From: Candidatus Chisholmbacteria bacterium
GTDB lineage: Bacteria; Patescibacteriota; Microgenomatia; UBA1400; Chisholmbacteraceae
Assembly: GCA_963704905.1 (NCBI GenBank)
Contig: CAVPHZ010000001.1
Coordinates: forward strand, 323,438-387,437
DNA length: 64,000 bases
Direction: 5' to 3'
Shown: positions 19,885-30,033 of the stretch, in pieces
How positions within the stretch are numbered: position 1 is the first letter of the stretch
Layout of the letters: the number at the start of each line of letters is the position of its first letter
Position numbers and translations under genes: made by a program
The notes under the pieces: generated by a model
The model's input: the letters and a program-made list of their open reading frames with translations, nothing else
The model's database searches: none
What the model was told of the DNA's origin: nothing

Positions 19885-22737
19885 CTATTGTACCATTTGT
19901 GATTTTTGTAAATCAAGGCCAACGGAGATGTCTTCTGTAAACAAATCTTTCCATAAAGTATGGACGTTCTGTTGACTCGAATTCATATTTTCAGAAGAAA
20001 GATTGAAATTATCCGGTAGTATGAGTGAGAGTGACAATGGTTGCTCACCTATCCCAGGCTGTTTCTGAACTAAAATTTCTAGATGACTACTGCTCGATTC
20101 TGACACATCGCTACGAACCAATGTAATTTCTGCTGTGCTTTTCTGTTTTATAGGAACCTTTAATAAAAAACCAATTGAAAGAAGATCATGTTGGGACTTT
20201 AAGTCAATTTCATGAGAATTCAACTCTTTTCCATCGACTATCACACTTTGAAGCGAATTATTTTTGTCAACATATATTCTTAAATAATTCTTATATTCCC
20301 CACCAGGCCAATTTTCATTTTGTCCACTATTTTCGTATTGAATATTTATCGTGGTTTTGAGATTGTTATCCACTTCCATGCGTATATCAGTTTCTCTGCT
20401 TGTATATTGATTGGCATGATTGATTCCCACATTTGCCTCTGTAACAGCAATTGATTGACTTATGCAAGAGTAAATGTCTTTAACTTTATCGCACTTCGAT
20501 CTGTTGAGCCTACCGTCCCATCCTAAGTCATTTATCATTTTCTGTTCTTTTGGTCTGTCTAAATAAATAAGAGTTTCTCCTTTTTGTAATGAATCATAGA
20601 TAACTTTCAGTACTTCAAATTTTTGAGACGGACTAGAGCTCTCTACTTCTCCCCAGAGACTTGTTACTAGACTAGCTAAAAAATCTTGCCTTTGAGATGA
20701 ACCTGGGAAAAAATTTACTTCACTATAATAATCAGCAACACTGGTGAGATTATCGTATGAGACTTTTATTTCATAGTCCTCGAGGTGTATTGGTCCCAAA
20801 ATACGAAGTAGATCTTGTATTACAAGTGTATTAATAGCAATTATTCCATCAATCATCTCCCCTTCTTCTTTCTCTACAAACCACTCAACCTGCTGCGCGG
20901 TAGTTGGAAAATCAGGATCCCAGTTACTATCTCGCAGATACCACCCTGATTCACCTAGATATTCTTTTATTTCCTGGGGAGGTTCGACAAAACCTTTTAA
21001 CTTACTATCGGAGGAATACACATCCTTGACTATGAACTCACTAATTACAGCGTCTTTAATTTTGGTTTTAATATACGATCCAATAAAACCACCTGTTGGT
21101 CGTAGTTCGCGATTGTTCTGTAAGAGTATGAAATAGGTCCTCTCCTGCTTGCTGGTAAACAACCCATTGAATTCTTCAGCTGAAAGAAGCGCACTAGAAA
21201 TTATTTCTTTTGACTTGACCAGCTCATTTATCTGCTCTGACAAATATTTAAATAAACCTTCTGAGATTGAAGAGCTATTTTCTGATGTAATTTTCATCTG
21301 TACTAATTCTAACTGAGACAAGGATGTGTTTAAGTTTCTCATTTCTCTTCCAAGCGACTTTGACAACACTTCAATATTTCTATTTTTATCTGAAATTATT
21401 CCTTCAAATATATCGTTTGATAGCATTGCAATAGAAAGTTTATATTTTAATGAACTCGATATAAGCTCAGCTGTCTCTAAGAGAAGAATTACTTCCCTAA
21501 ACCAATCACTAGTTGGAAGGATGTTTGATGTCGTCTTTGAAAGCACACTCAGTTGATGGAATGCAAAGCGGAAGGTGTTATTCGATAGAACGGCTATTTT
21601 TTCAGCCTTTTCAAGCTCTCCCTGTTCAATCATTTCAATGGACTGATTTAAATTTAAACCCGCAAAAAAAATCATCACGAAAAAGACGAGTGGATAAATA
21701 AGAGGTAAAAGAAGCACTCCAAACTTTGTTCTCTTCCAACGTATACTCGAAAATTTCTTATTCGTTTCTTTGGTATATTTTACTTCTGGTAATTCTATTC
21801 TATTTGAGCTGGACTGCTTTAGTGACTTTACCTGCTTAGGATTCTCAGATAAACCAGCCAACCATTGAAGAGTTTGTTGTAATCCTTCTTCGAGTGATGT
21901 CTCTTCTCTTACTCTCCAAGGAACCTTTTTATCCCCCGATACGATAAGCTCATTTTTCTGTTCTTTCTCACTCTCAAAATCTCCATTAGAAGGTTGGGTA
22001 AAACGAAGTTCAAGCAGTTTACCTGCTTGTTTGAGAGCAATTTCTCTGACCTTATATACCAAATTAAGCTGAGTAATCTCCCTTTCACCGGAGAGCATCA
22101 AAACATCACTCTCGGATGATTCAGAAAACATGATTTTAGCAATCTCTTTTACCGAGTCTGTAATAAAGATCGGACGGATAGTGCTTAAACCTTCCCCTTC
22201 AATGCTGATTGGAATCTCATTTCTGAGTTCACGCAAGAGATTGGCTAGCAACCAATCTTCTTCCAATGACATCTCGGGACCATACAGGTTTTCTAGAAAT
22301 ATTTTCTTGTCCAAACCTCGTGACTTTGAAGCGAGTTGAGGGATTAATTCATTATACTGAAAAGTATTGTTAAGCCGGAAGATTGTTAAAAGCTTGGCGT
22401 CATTACTCCCGATCCATTTGGATAAGACATCTTCAAGCTTGGATTTCCTGGATGTTCCATTTCCTTTTTCTAGATTTGCTGCATGAAATATGTATGTTGG
22501 TTTTTTTTCAAGAATACTCTCTAAATCAGAGGCATTATTAATAATCAACGAATTATTATCACCTCTTGAGAAATCAGTTTTATTATTTGTTGCATGATTT
22601 TCAACAATGCAGGTGATGTTTATAGGTAGCTTACTTAGATAATTTGATAGTTCTCGGATTAAAAAACCATCGTTACCAAGAAGAAACGCTGAAGGATGTT
22701 CTCCCAAGTTTTCAACTGATATTTTTCTAATTGACAT
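19885..22737 (-). CDS. DUF4012-domain membrane protein with degenerate N-terminal NAD-epimerase-like domain
   Basis: LLQNNRELRPTGGFIGS, LRDSNWDPDFP, YKNYLRIY and QKQPG motifs; N-terminal NLYGP...GEG..IRPIFITD. Confidence 0.8.
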   Translation of the reverse strand: MSIRKISVENLGEHPSAFLLGNDGFLIRELSNYLSKLPINITCIVENHATNNKTDFSRGDNNSLIINNASDLESILEKKPTYIFHAANLEKGNGTSRKSKLEDVLSKWIGSNDAKLLTIFRLNNTFQYNELIPQLASKSRGLDKKIFLENLYGPEMSLEEDWLLANLLRELRNEIPISIEGEGLSTIRPIFITDSVKEIAKIMFSESSESDVLMLSGEREITQLNLVYKVREIALKQAGKLLELRFTQPSNGDFESEKEQKNELIVSGDKKVPWRVREETSLEEGLQQTLQWLAGLSENPKQVKSLKQSSSNRIELPEVKYTKETNKKFSSIRWKRTKFGVLLLPLIYPLVFFVMIFFAGLNLNQSIEMIEQGELEKAEKIAVLSNNTFRFAFHQLSVLSKTTSNILPTSDWFREVILLLETAELISSSLKYKLSIAMLSNDIFEGIISDKNRNIEVLSKSLGREMRNLNTSLSQLELVQMKITSENSSSISEGLFKYLSEQINELVKSKEIISSALLSAEEFNGLFTSKQERTYFILLQNNRELRPTGGFIGSYIKTKIKDAVISEFIVKDVYSSDSKLKGFVEPPQEIKEYLGESGWYLRDSNWDPDFPTTAQQVEWFVEKEEGEMIDGIIAINTLVIQDLLRILGPIHLEDYEIKVSYDNLTSVADYYSEVNFFPGSSQRQDFLASLVTSLWGEVESSSPSQKFEVLKVIYDSLQKGETLIYLDRPKEQKMINDLGWDGRLNRSKCDKVKDIYSCISQSIAVTEANVGINHANQYTSRETDIRMEVDNNLKTTINIQYENSGQNENWPGGEYKNYLRIYVDKNNSLQSVIVDGKELNSHEIDLKSQHDLLSIGFLLKVPIKQKSTAEITLVRSDVSESSSSHLEILVQKQPGIGEQPLSLSLILPDNFNLSSENMNSSQQNVHTLWKDLFTEDISVGLDLQKSQMVQ

Positions 22738-23061
22738 GAATTTGCCTTTGATACTCAACCGCTTTCATGTTACTTAATTGCGAACTATGAAGCAATGATG
22801 TTTCGGGATATATAGACCTGTAACCATCTGCTTATTGCATTATTATTCGTTCTTACCTTTTTCTTTCTTGTTTTTATTATTATTCTCTTCTGGTGTGCAT
22901 AGCTTTAATCAAACTTTCTTGTGCTTACTCTTTTCATGTGCTGTTTTCTGAGTACATATATCTTCACTAGAATATTAACAGCATAACCTATATATTATTC
23001 TGAGTTAGAATCTTACATTTATGGAAATTGTTGACTTAGACACGACGAAGAACGTACCAAT

Positions 23062-23550
23062 TTACTTAAAGTAACCCATACTTTCAAGCACTTTATTTAC
23101 TAAAGCGTCCGCTTTGGAGTTGTGTTCTCTGGGAACATATTCATAGACAATCGTATTGTTGAGCAACGACAAAGACTGAGAAGAATGATGTATATTCATG
23201 AGACTAAGCTCATCTTCAAGTCGTTTTACCTGGCTGAATAGTTTTCGAAGATTTTCATTTTTAACCTTAAATACACCATTTAATTGACTGGCAATTAAGT
23301 TTGAATCTACATGGATTCTGATCGTTAAATGATTTCCCGAATTTCTGTTTTGTTTAATCCATTGCAATGCTTCAATTACGGCTGAATATTCAGCGACATT
23401 GTTAGTCGTTTCACCAATATAACCTGATATGTTATCTAGGAATTCTCCCTTTTCATTTTCAATCACCACACCAATAGCCGCAGGGCCTGGATTTCCTCTG
23501 GCTCCCCCATCACAATAGATTGATAATTTAGAACTGTCTGCCTTAGTCAT
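23062..23550 (-). CDS. rnhA: Ribonuclease HI
   Basis: YCDGGARGNPGPA, TNNVAEY, DS and VPREHNSKADAL motifs. Confidence 0.93.
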   Translation of the reverse strand: MTKADSSKLSIYCDGGARGNPGPAAIGVVIENEKGEFLDNISGYIGETTNNVAEYSAVIEALQWIKQNRNSGNHLTIRIHVDSNLIASQLNGVFKVKNENLRKLFSQVKRLEDELSLMNIHHSSQSLSLLNNTIVYEYVPREHNSKADALVNKVLESMGYFK

Positions 23551-23551
23551 T

Positions 23552-24802
23552 CTACGATTCTTGTCGAAGTGATTGTAACACGTACCTCATTGACAGAATG
23601 AGCACCATACATTCTGTTGCTCCGGTATTAATCGCAGCAGCTACCATTCCGTATTTTGGAATTAGCACCAGATTAAGAGAAAGATTTACACAGACTGCCA
23701 GAAAGTAAATGATTAGCAACTTATGTTCTTTCTTTACTGTTACTAATATCCATTGCATGAGTGCTGACAAGAAAAAGAAGGGCAGCGAAAGAGAAAGCAA
23801 TATCAGTGGATTTTCGGAAAAAATATAATCTTCTTTAATCCAAACCAAAAAAGGACTTATTACTACTAATCCAAATGTCACTATTACTGATAAAATAAAC
23901 AGCGTTATTGACAGTGTTTTTACTGTTTTTTTAAGCTTTACCATACCTATGTTTAGATGTTCTATGAGTACTGGGTATGATGCGTTCATAAGGAACGTTG
24001 GAATTACAAGAGCCACATCAAATACGCGGTAAGCTAAGCCATAATACCCAACTACTTCTGTCGTACGCATGGCGCTTAGTAGAAATATATCCAACCTCGT
24101 GGACAGCACATTTAGTATTAATACGAATCCTATAGGGCTGGATTCTTTAATTAATGCTTTCATTTGGATTAGTGAGATGGTTCTCAAATTCATTGAAAAG
24201 TATTGTCTTACGAAGATAAAACTTATCAGTGCCATTGTGAATGAACCAACTACATAGGAAAGGATGATTGTTGTCAGACTTGCTCCGAGAACTGTAAATA
24301 TCCCAACAAGGATAAGGATCACTATACTTCCTACAGTCGTAGCAATTGCTTGATATTTATATGCCATTCTGCTTTGAAAAATGGCATTAGCTGTTGTTGT
24401 GATACTTTGACTAAATAGTGTTATTAAAAATAGGTACACTGCATTCTTTACTTCATCTGAAAAACCGAAATTTGTTGCCGTTGGAACAAGCGTTACAGCC
24501 AGAGAAATAATGACTGAAAATATGAACGCAAAACATATTCTCACTGCAAGTGCATTTTTAAATTCAATCGGTTCACTAGATGTTGAATTTTTTAACCTTC
24601 TTACAAGAATCGCGTTCATTCCAAAATCAATTCCGATATAAAACATTGTTACGGTAACAAATACTTTGGTGAAATCACCATAAAAACCTGCACCCAAAGC
24701 TCTGGCAATAATTATGGTTATTAGAAGCGAGCTTATGGTATTAACTACTTTTCCAAGAAGCTGAAAGGTGGTGTTGCTGATAATATTTATTTTTTTACTC
24801 AT
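23552..24802 (-). CDS. Wzx-like oligosaccharide flippase
   Basis: About 12 TM; DFG, RLDIFLLS, VGYYGLAYRV and NLVLIPKYGMVAAA motifs. Confidence 0.88.
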   Translation of the reverse strand: MSKKINIISNTTFQLLGKVVNTISSLLITIIIARALGAGFYGDFTKVFVTVTMFYIGIDFGMNAILVRRLKNSTSSEPIEFKNALAVRICFAFIFSVIISLAVTLVPTATNFGFSDEVKNAVYLFLITLFSQSITTTANAIFQSRMAYKYQAIATTVGSIVILILVGIFTVLGASLTTIILSYVVGSFTMALISFIFVRQYFSMNLRTISLIQMKALIKESSPIGFVLILNVLSTRLDIFLLSAMRTTEVVGYYGLAYRVFDVALVIPTFLMNASYPVLIEHLNIGMVKLKKTVKTLSITLFILSVIVTFGLVVISPFLVWIKEDYIFSENPLILLSLSLPFFFLSALMQWILVTVKKEHKLLIIYFLAVCVNLSLNLVLIPKYGMVAAAINTGATECMVLILSMRYVLQSLRQES

Positions 24803-26142
24803 CTCAGGGCATTATCTTTACCTGAAGGTTCATTCCAGATCGCCGCAAGAATAAAGAGCACCATTAATTGATTTTGGTAAAGGGTCAACCAGTAATGATC
24901 CAGCATACCTGTAAATATAATTACTAACAAAGCAGTTAATAATGTCCATTTATTCTCTACCTTCGCTTTACGAAATGATTTTACAATTACCCAAACACCT
25001 ACCATAAACAAAACTATCCCGCCTTCAGATAAGACTAACATTGCAATATTATGTGTTGGCTGAAACTGAGATAAACGAGTACTTGTATATAAAAGATTGT
25101 TTTTTGTTCCTTCCATATCAAGCAGGCCCACACCTAGTCCAACACCTATTAGTGGTCTTTGAGAAAACAATTCAATTGATTTCTCCAACAACATCCTTCT
25201 CACAACAACTGACTCTTGCTCTGCAGGAATTTGTTTTAGCAACACCACTCCCAACATCACCATTGAGAGAGCTACATACTTCACCATACCCACTTTAGTC
25301 CTCCATGCTTTAACTATCCAGGCAGCTAAAAGTATCAATCCTATCACCCAACTCGCCTGGGAAAATGTAAGAATGAGTGTTATTAATGAAAGTGCTATTA
25401 CCACAATGTCAAACTTTCTCTTTTTCCTCTTACCAACCAAGATGATGAGACCTAGCAGCAAGAAACCGGCAAGCGCGTTTGGATGAGGAAAGGTTGCATA
25501 CGGTCTTAAGAACAACTGTCCATGTATATCAAGTTTTGCTATTCCGGGAGTGGTAAGAGAAAACCTTCTCTCACCTAGCCAGTAGAGTAGACCGCCAACT
25601 GATTGCTGTTTAAACCACTGTGTAATTGCTATTACTGATGAGTAGAAAAGCGGGATTGAAATCATATTTTTTAATTCTTCCACTATTAGGACTTGGGATT
25701 TTATTAACACGATACCTATTGCGGTCAGCTCTACTACCCTCAGCCAGTACAACGTAGAGACTGATGGTGAATTGGATAGAATTATATTCGTGAGAATAAA
25801 CATTGCCAAAGCAATAAGCATCACTGTGTTTTTTTTTGTGATCTTACATCTCATCCAATTATTATTTTCTCTAAACTTAAGAAAATAGTTCACAACTAGA
25901 GCAAAAACAATAAAGTCTGTAAGATATATTTTTGGCGACAGATAATCACTTCGAATGCCAGCAATATAGGCAAAGTCCGGCCAAAAGTGCTTCGCAAGTT
26001 GTACTGGAATTAATAGTATTAGCACAACTATTAAGTTTTTTTCGGTGTTTATTTTTTGGAAATGATCAATAAAACTCGGAAGAGAAATGAGTTTGTTAAT
26101 TTTACCTTTGCGGTTGTTGTTTTGATTGCCGCCGGGCTTCAC
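24799..26142 (-). CDS. O-antigen ligase/Wzy_C family protein
   Basis: RPYATFPHPNALAG, TFSQASW, PLIGVGLG and PTHN...LSEGG motifs. Confidence 0.85.
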   Translation of the reverse strand: MKPGGNQNNNRKGKINKLISLPSFIDHFQKINTEKNLIVVLILLIPVQLAKHFWPDFAYIAGIRSDYLSPKIYLTDFIVFALVVNYFLKFRENNNWMRCKITKKNTVMLIALAMFILTNIILSNSPSVSTLYWLRVVELTAIGIVLIKSQVLIVEELKNMISIPLFYSSVIAITQWFKQQSVGGLLYWLGERRFSLTTPGIAKLDIHGQLFLRPYATFPHPNALAGFLLLGLIILVGKRKKRKFDIVVIALSLITLILTFSQASWVIGLILLAAWIVKAWRTKVGMVKYVALSMVMLGVVLLKQIPAEQESVVVRRMLLEKSIELFSQRPLIGVGLGVGLLDMEGTKNNLLYTSTRLSQFQPTHNIAMLVLSEGGIVLFMVGVWVIVKSFRKAKVENKWTLLTALLVIIFTGMLDHYWLTLYQNQLMVLFILAAIWNEPSGKDNALR

Positions 26143-26618
26143 GTATCTTTGTTTTTTTTGAGATCAATGATCAATCTTCTATCTCTACCTGTTCCTTCTG
26201 AGAAGGTTTCGATTTCATTATCCTGGGAAAGCATGAGGTGTACAATTCTTCTTTCGTTACTACTTAAGTAGGGGAGCGTCACCGACTGTTGGGTCAGCTT
26301 CACTCTTTGAGCTGCATTCGATGCCATTGATTCAAGAGACTCTTTTCGCTTCTCCCTGTAATCTCCAATGTTTACACTTATTGGATTCCATTCATTGCTA
26401 CCTTTATTAATCATATATCCAAGTATCAGCTGTAAGGCTTGGATGTTTTCTCCATGAAATCCAATAAGCAGTCCTGAATTGTCAGGTGAGGTATCAATAT
26501 TCAAGTGAATCACACCATCATCGTCTTTGGTTGTGCTTATCGTGACATCATCAAAGCCTAGTTGGTTCAGTAGACTTGAAGCCGATTCTTCAGCTTTTTT
26601 AAGATAGTTTTTTTTCAT
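26139..26618 (-). CDS. jag: Jag/KhpB-like RNA-binding protein (KH + R3H)
   Basis: LLIGFHGENIQALQ (KH) and ERRIVH (R3H); next to yidC. Confidence 0.88.
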   Translation of the reverse strand: MKKNYLKKAEESASSLLNQLGFDDVTISTTKDDDGVIHLNIDTSPDNSGLLIGFHGENIQALQLILGYMINKGSNEWNPISVNIGDYREKRKESLESMASNAAQRVKLTQQSVTLPYLSSNERRIVHLMLSQDNEIETFSEGTGRDRRLIIDLKKNKDT

Positions 26619-27367
26619 AATTTCTCCTTGATACCTTTGATTTTAGCAGCTAATTGAATAAGACCCCCAGGTCCACTAATAACATATTGCTGAACTATTG
26701 AAAAAATCGTCGTGGTAACCCAATAGACTGCCAAACCGGATGGGAAGCTTAAGGCAATCACTCCGGTCATCACTGGCATAACGTATAACATTTGTTGTTG
26801 AATTGTCTCAGCCATTTCCTGAGATGATTCTTCTTTTTCTTTGTTCTTTATTGCTTTGAGCTCTTCAGTTTTGTGATGTTCTTTTCCAACCATAAGCATT
26901 TGAGACATAAGAAGCTGAGAACCAGCTGCTAGCACAGGAAGAATATAAAATGGATCAGGTTTTGATAAATCAAACCAGAGAAAGCTCATGTTGGCAGAAA
27001 ATGTCTCACCGTTTCCATTTTGAATAAAGTCAATAAATACCCGATATAATGCAATGAGTACTGCAAACTGTGCAATTGTTGGTAAACATCCAGCCGCTGG
27101 GTTTACTCCATGTTCTTTATATAAATTCAATTGCTCTTGTTGAAGGCGTTTTGCATCTTTTGCGTGTTTTTTCTTTAAATTATCAAGGTGAGGTTTTAAA
27201 TCTTTTAATTTTTTTGCTGATTTTAATGCTGGTAGAGAAAGTGGAATTAGTACAGTTCTTATGAGAATTGTTAATGCTATGATTGCAAAACCCAAGCTGC
27301 CACCAAAAATTGTGGTGAGAAAGGTTAGTATTGATAATAGTGGTTGATACAGTATTGTGTTAAACAT
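26615..27367 (-). CDS. yidC: Membrane protein insertase YidC
   Basis: LTILIR, LYKEHGVNPAAGCLP and FPSGLAVYW motifs. Confidence 0.95.
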   Translation of the reverse strand: MFNTILYQPLLSILTFLTTIFGGSLGFAIIALTILIRTVLIPLSLPALKSAKKLKDLKPHLDNLKKKHAKDAKRLQQEQLNLYKEHGVNPAAGCLPTIAQFAVLIALYRVFIDFIQNGNGETFSANMSFLWFDLSKPDPFYILPVLAAGSQLLMSQMLMVGKEHHKTEELKAIKNKEKEESSQEMAETIQQQMLYVMPVMTGVIALSFPSGLAVYWVTTTIFSIVQQYVISGPGGLIQLAAKIKGIKEKL

Positions 27368-27410
27368 TTAATATCTTCATTGAAACTTTTTTAGGTCTTG
27401 ATACCATGCA

Positions 27411-27665
27411 TTACCGTGTGTCTATTGATACAGGGTCGTGCCCTCCCTTTGACCATGGATGACATCTTGCCATTCGTTTTCCCCCCAACAGAATGCCTTT
27501 TACTATACCATACCTCTCGACTGCTTCGTATGTATATTGAGAGCATGTTGGGGAGAACCGGCACGATCCACTTTGGTGTGTACTAGAGAAACTTTGGAAA
27601 ATACTTGATTTGATGGTAGACCATTTTTGATATTGACGAATAGTTTTCAATAGTATTACCTTCAT
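27411..27665 (-). CDS. yidD: Membrane protein insertion efficiency factor YidD
   Basis: [10 protein letters not shown]...[13 protein letters not shown]. Confidence 0.95.
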   Translation of the reverse strand: MKVILLKTIRQYQKWSTIKSSIFQSFSSTHQSGSCRFSPTCSQYTYEAVERYGIVKGILLGGKRMARCHPWSKGGHDPVSIDTR

Positions 27666-28012
27666 AATTTCCTACCCCTGAATACAGATGCCTTGTTTAG
27701 TGCTTCGCAAACATCTTTTGCTGCTTCAACGTATGACACTTTTCCTGCTGAAGTCGTTAGTTTAATCATTATCTTGTTTCCGGGTTTGGCAAAGGTGAGA
27801 TGAGTTATTAGTATCCCTTGTATTTTTCTTCTTAGCCTGTTTCTTTTGACTGCTTGGTTATATACATTTTTGCCCACCACAATAGTGAATTGGGGTGGTT
27901 TTTTATCTTGAGAAGATTCTATCCATACCAATGTATGTTTTCCTCTGATAATTAACTTATCGCTTAATTGTTTGTTTTTTGAAATCTTAAGACGATTGAT
28001 CTTTGGAAGCAT
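27662..28012 (-). CDS. rnpA: Ribonuclease P protein component
   Basis: MLPKINRL and AVKRNRLRR (RNR motif); expected synteny. Confidence 0.9.
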   Translation of the reverse strand: MLPKINRLKISKNKQLSDKLIIRGKHTLVWIESSQDKKPPQFTIVVGKNVYNQAVKRNRLRRKIQGILITHLTFAKPGNKIMIKLTTSAGKVSYVEAAKDVCEALNKASVFRGRKL

Positions 28013-28053
28013 TTTTCTTGTTTCTTCTACCCGAAGCTATTATGCTGTTTGTA

Positions 28054-28203
28054 TTAGGAAGAGACTTTTACTGCTAATATTTTTCTGCCTTTTTTCATTC
28101 GGTTTTTTATGGTTTTAATTCCAGACGAAGAGCTCATCCGTTTAAGAAATCCGTGTTTCCTTACTCTCTTTTTTTTCTTCGGCTGCCAGGTTCTTTTTGA
28201 CAT
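28054..28203 (-). CDS. rpmH: 50S ribosomal protein L34
   Basis: Manual translation [49 protein letters not shown] (49 aa, below the track cutoff); GGAGG SD upstream. Confidence 0.95.
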   Translation of the reverse strand: MSKRTWQPKKKKRVRKHGFLKRMSSSSGIKTIKNRMKKGRKILAVKVSS

Positions 28204-28259
28204 TATTACCTCCCTTATATTTTTTCAATTTCCCTATTTTATCATTTCTTAAATTATTT

Positions 28260-28323
28260 TTATCCACTTTTTTCTACTCCCTCCATTTTTTGGGGAAATT
28301 GTGGGTTGACTAATTGTGGAAAA
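28260..28323. promoter_or_regulatory. DnaA boxes upstream of dnaA
   Basis: TTATCCACT (28260-28268) and TGTGGAAAA (28315-28323), each one mismatch from TTATCCACA. Confidence 0.6.
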
Positions 28324-28421
28324 GTTGATTTGATCTTAATCACTGCCATTCCTCTGTTTTTCAAAAAACCAGAGAAATTCATAGAACTTCTGTTATTTTT
28401 TAGACTATTTCTGCCCATCAT

Positions 28422-29795
28422 ATGAAGGCGGATGAATTGTGGAAAACCATATTAAGCGATCTTGAGCTTTCTATGTCTCGAGGGAATTTTATGACATGGA
28501 TACGACCAGCAAGAATAAACCGTGTACAGCAGTTAGATGTAAATAAACAAATGGTTGAAATTGCCGTCCCCAGTGCATACCACAAGCAATACATTGAAGG
28601 AAAGTATATCGACGCTGTTCAAGAAGCACTTGATCGTATTACTCAAAAAAATAACACCATTCATCTGATTGTTGGTGAATCTTCGGAACAACCTCAAGAA
28701 AGCGAACCTGGTCCTTTATTTACCTCATCTCCTGCTTCAAATCAAGAACTTTACCGAGAGGCAATTTTTAAAGCGCGGTTAAGAGAAGATTTTATTTTTG
28801 ATACCTATGCTGTCTCATCTTCAAATGAAATGGCTCATGCAGCAGCCCAAGCAATTGCAACATCACCAGGTACTGCATACAACCCTCTTTTTTTATATGG
28901 AGGGGTTGGAGTGGGGAAGACCCACCTTACTCAGGCAATTGGACATTTTTTATTGAAAAGAAACCCTGAGTCAACTATCATATACTGCACCGGTGAAGAA
29001 TTTACCAATGAAATTATCGAAGCTATTCGTAGAAAACAAACACATCCATTTAAAAAACGATATCGTAGCGCAAAGATTCTTCTCATTGATGATATTCAAT
29101 TTATTGCTGGTAAAACTGCTGTTCAAGAAGAGTTTTTTCATACATTTAACGCTATTCAACAAGAAGGGGGTCAAATTATTCTTGTGAGCGATCAACCTCC
29201 TAATGAAATTGACGGTTTGGAGGATAGGCTTCGGAGTCGTTTTGAAGGAGGTTTAACCATTGATATTCAGCAACCTGATTTTGAATTACGAACTGCTATT
29301 CTCCTTATAAAAGCTCGTCGGTTGAATGTCTCTCTTCCCATGGACATTGCACAGCTTATTTCAGCAAATATTGAAAGTGCTCGTCGTCTTGAAGGGTTTT
29401 TAACTCGACTTGCTACAGAATCTAAACTTCGCAATCAACCCATCTCTGACACATTAGTTAAGGGTCTTCTGGGAAATGTTGCTGATACAGAAGTTGATAT
29501 GCATTCAAACGTGCGACCAAGAGAAATCATTAAAACTGTTGCTTCTCACTTCAACCTAAAACCAACACTCCTTTTCGGTCCACGTCGTTTGAAATCGTTG
29601 GTATTGCCGCGACATCTAGCTATGTATGTTCTTCGCACTGAACTCCAACTTCCTCTTGAGGAAATTGGAGATCTTTTTGGAGGCCGCGATCACACAACGG
29701 TAATGCATGCAGTTGAAAAAATAACAAATACTTTGTCAACTAATGAAGGGATTCGAGTAGATTTAGCAACTATACGAAAAAAACTATATTATTAA
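28422..29795 (+). CDS. dnaA: Chromosomal replication initiator DnaA
   Basis: YNPLFLYGGVGVGKTHL, LLIDDIQF, RLRSRFEGGL and GGRDHTTVMHA motifs. Confidence 0.99.
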   Translation: MKADELWKTILSDLELSMSRGNFMTWIRPARINRVQQLDVNKQMVEIAVPSAYHKQYIEGKYIDAVQEALDRITQKNNTIHLIVGESSEQPQESEPGPLFTSSPASNQELYREAIFKARLREDFIFDTYAVSSSNEMAHAAAQAIATSPGTAYNPLFLYGGVGVGKTHLTQAIGHFLLKRNPESTIIYCTGEEFTNEIIEAIRRKQTHPFKKRYRSAKILLIDDIQFIAGKTAVQEEFFHTFNAIQQEGGQIILVSDQPPNEIDGLEDRLRSRFEGGLTIDIQQPDFELRTAILLIKARRLNVSLPMDIAQLISANIESARRLEGFLTRLATESKLRNQPISDTLVKGLLGNVADTEVDMHSNVRPREIIKTVASHFNLKPTLLFGPRRLKSLVLPRHLAMYVLRTELQLPLEEIGDLFGGRDHTTVMHAVEKITNTLSTNEGIRVDLATIRKKLYY

Positions 29796-30033
29796 CAATT
29801 TTACAGAATAATGAATATTTACCAAATTTCAATTTTTAAAAATCTTCTATTTATCCTCTTATCCACAAAATGATGACACTTATCCACAGTTTTATCCACA
29901 GGTTTACTCTTGACTATTCACAGTATTTTTATCAGTTGAACTTGATAAATAAATATTTTGTTGTCAACATATCCTCATTACCTACTACTAATGCTGCTAA
30001 TATTATAAATATAGTAGTTTTACGAAGGAGCAT
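29796..30033. other. Replication origin oriC
   Basis: Perfect DnaA boxes at 29859, 29880 and 29892; degenerate boxes at 29914, 29961 and 29969; then CTACTACTAATGCTGCTA (DnaA-trio-like) and an AT-rich tract between dnaA and dnaN. Confidence 0.9.

Noticed and set aside
22740-23060. AT-rich intergenic region with imperfect inverted repeat (GCTTTCATGTT...AACTATGAAGC)
   Set aside because: Pairing is weak and there is no family signature; probably promoter or leader DNA.
19885-28200. Visibly more AT-rich block suggesting horizontal transfer
   Set aside because: It contains core genes in their normal origin-proximal order, and composition was not quantified.
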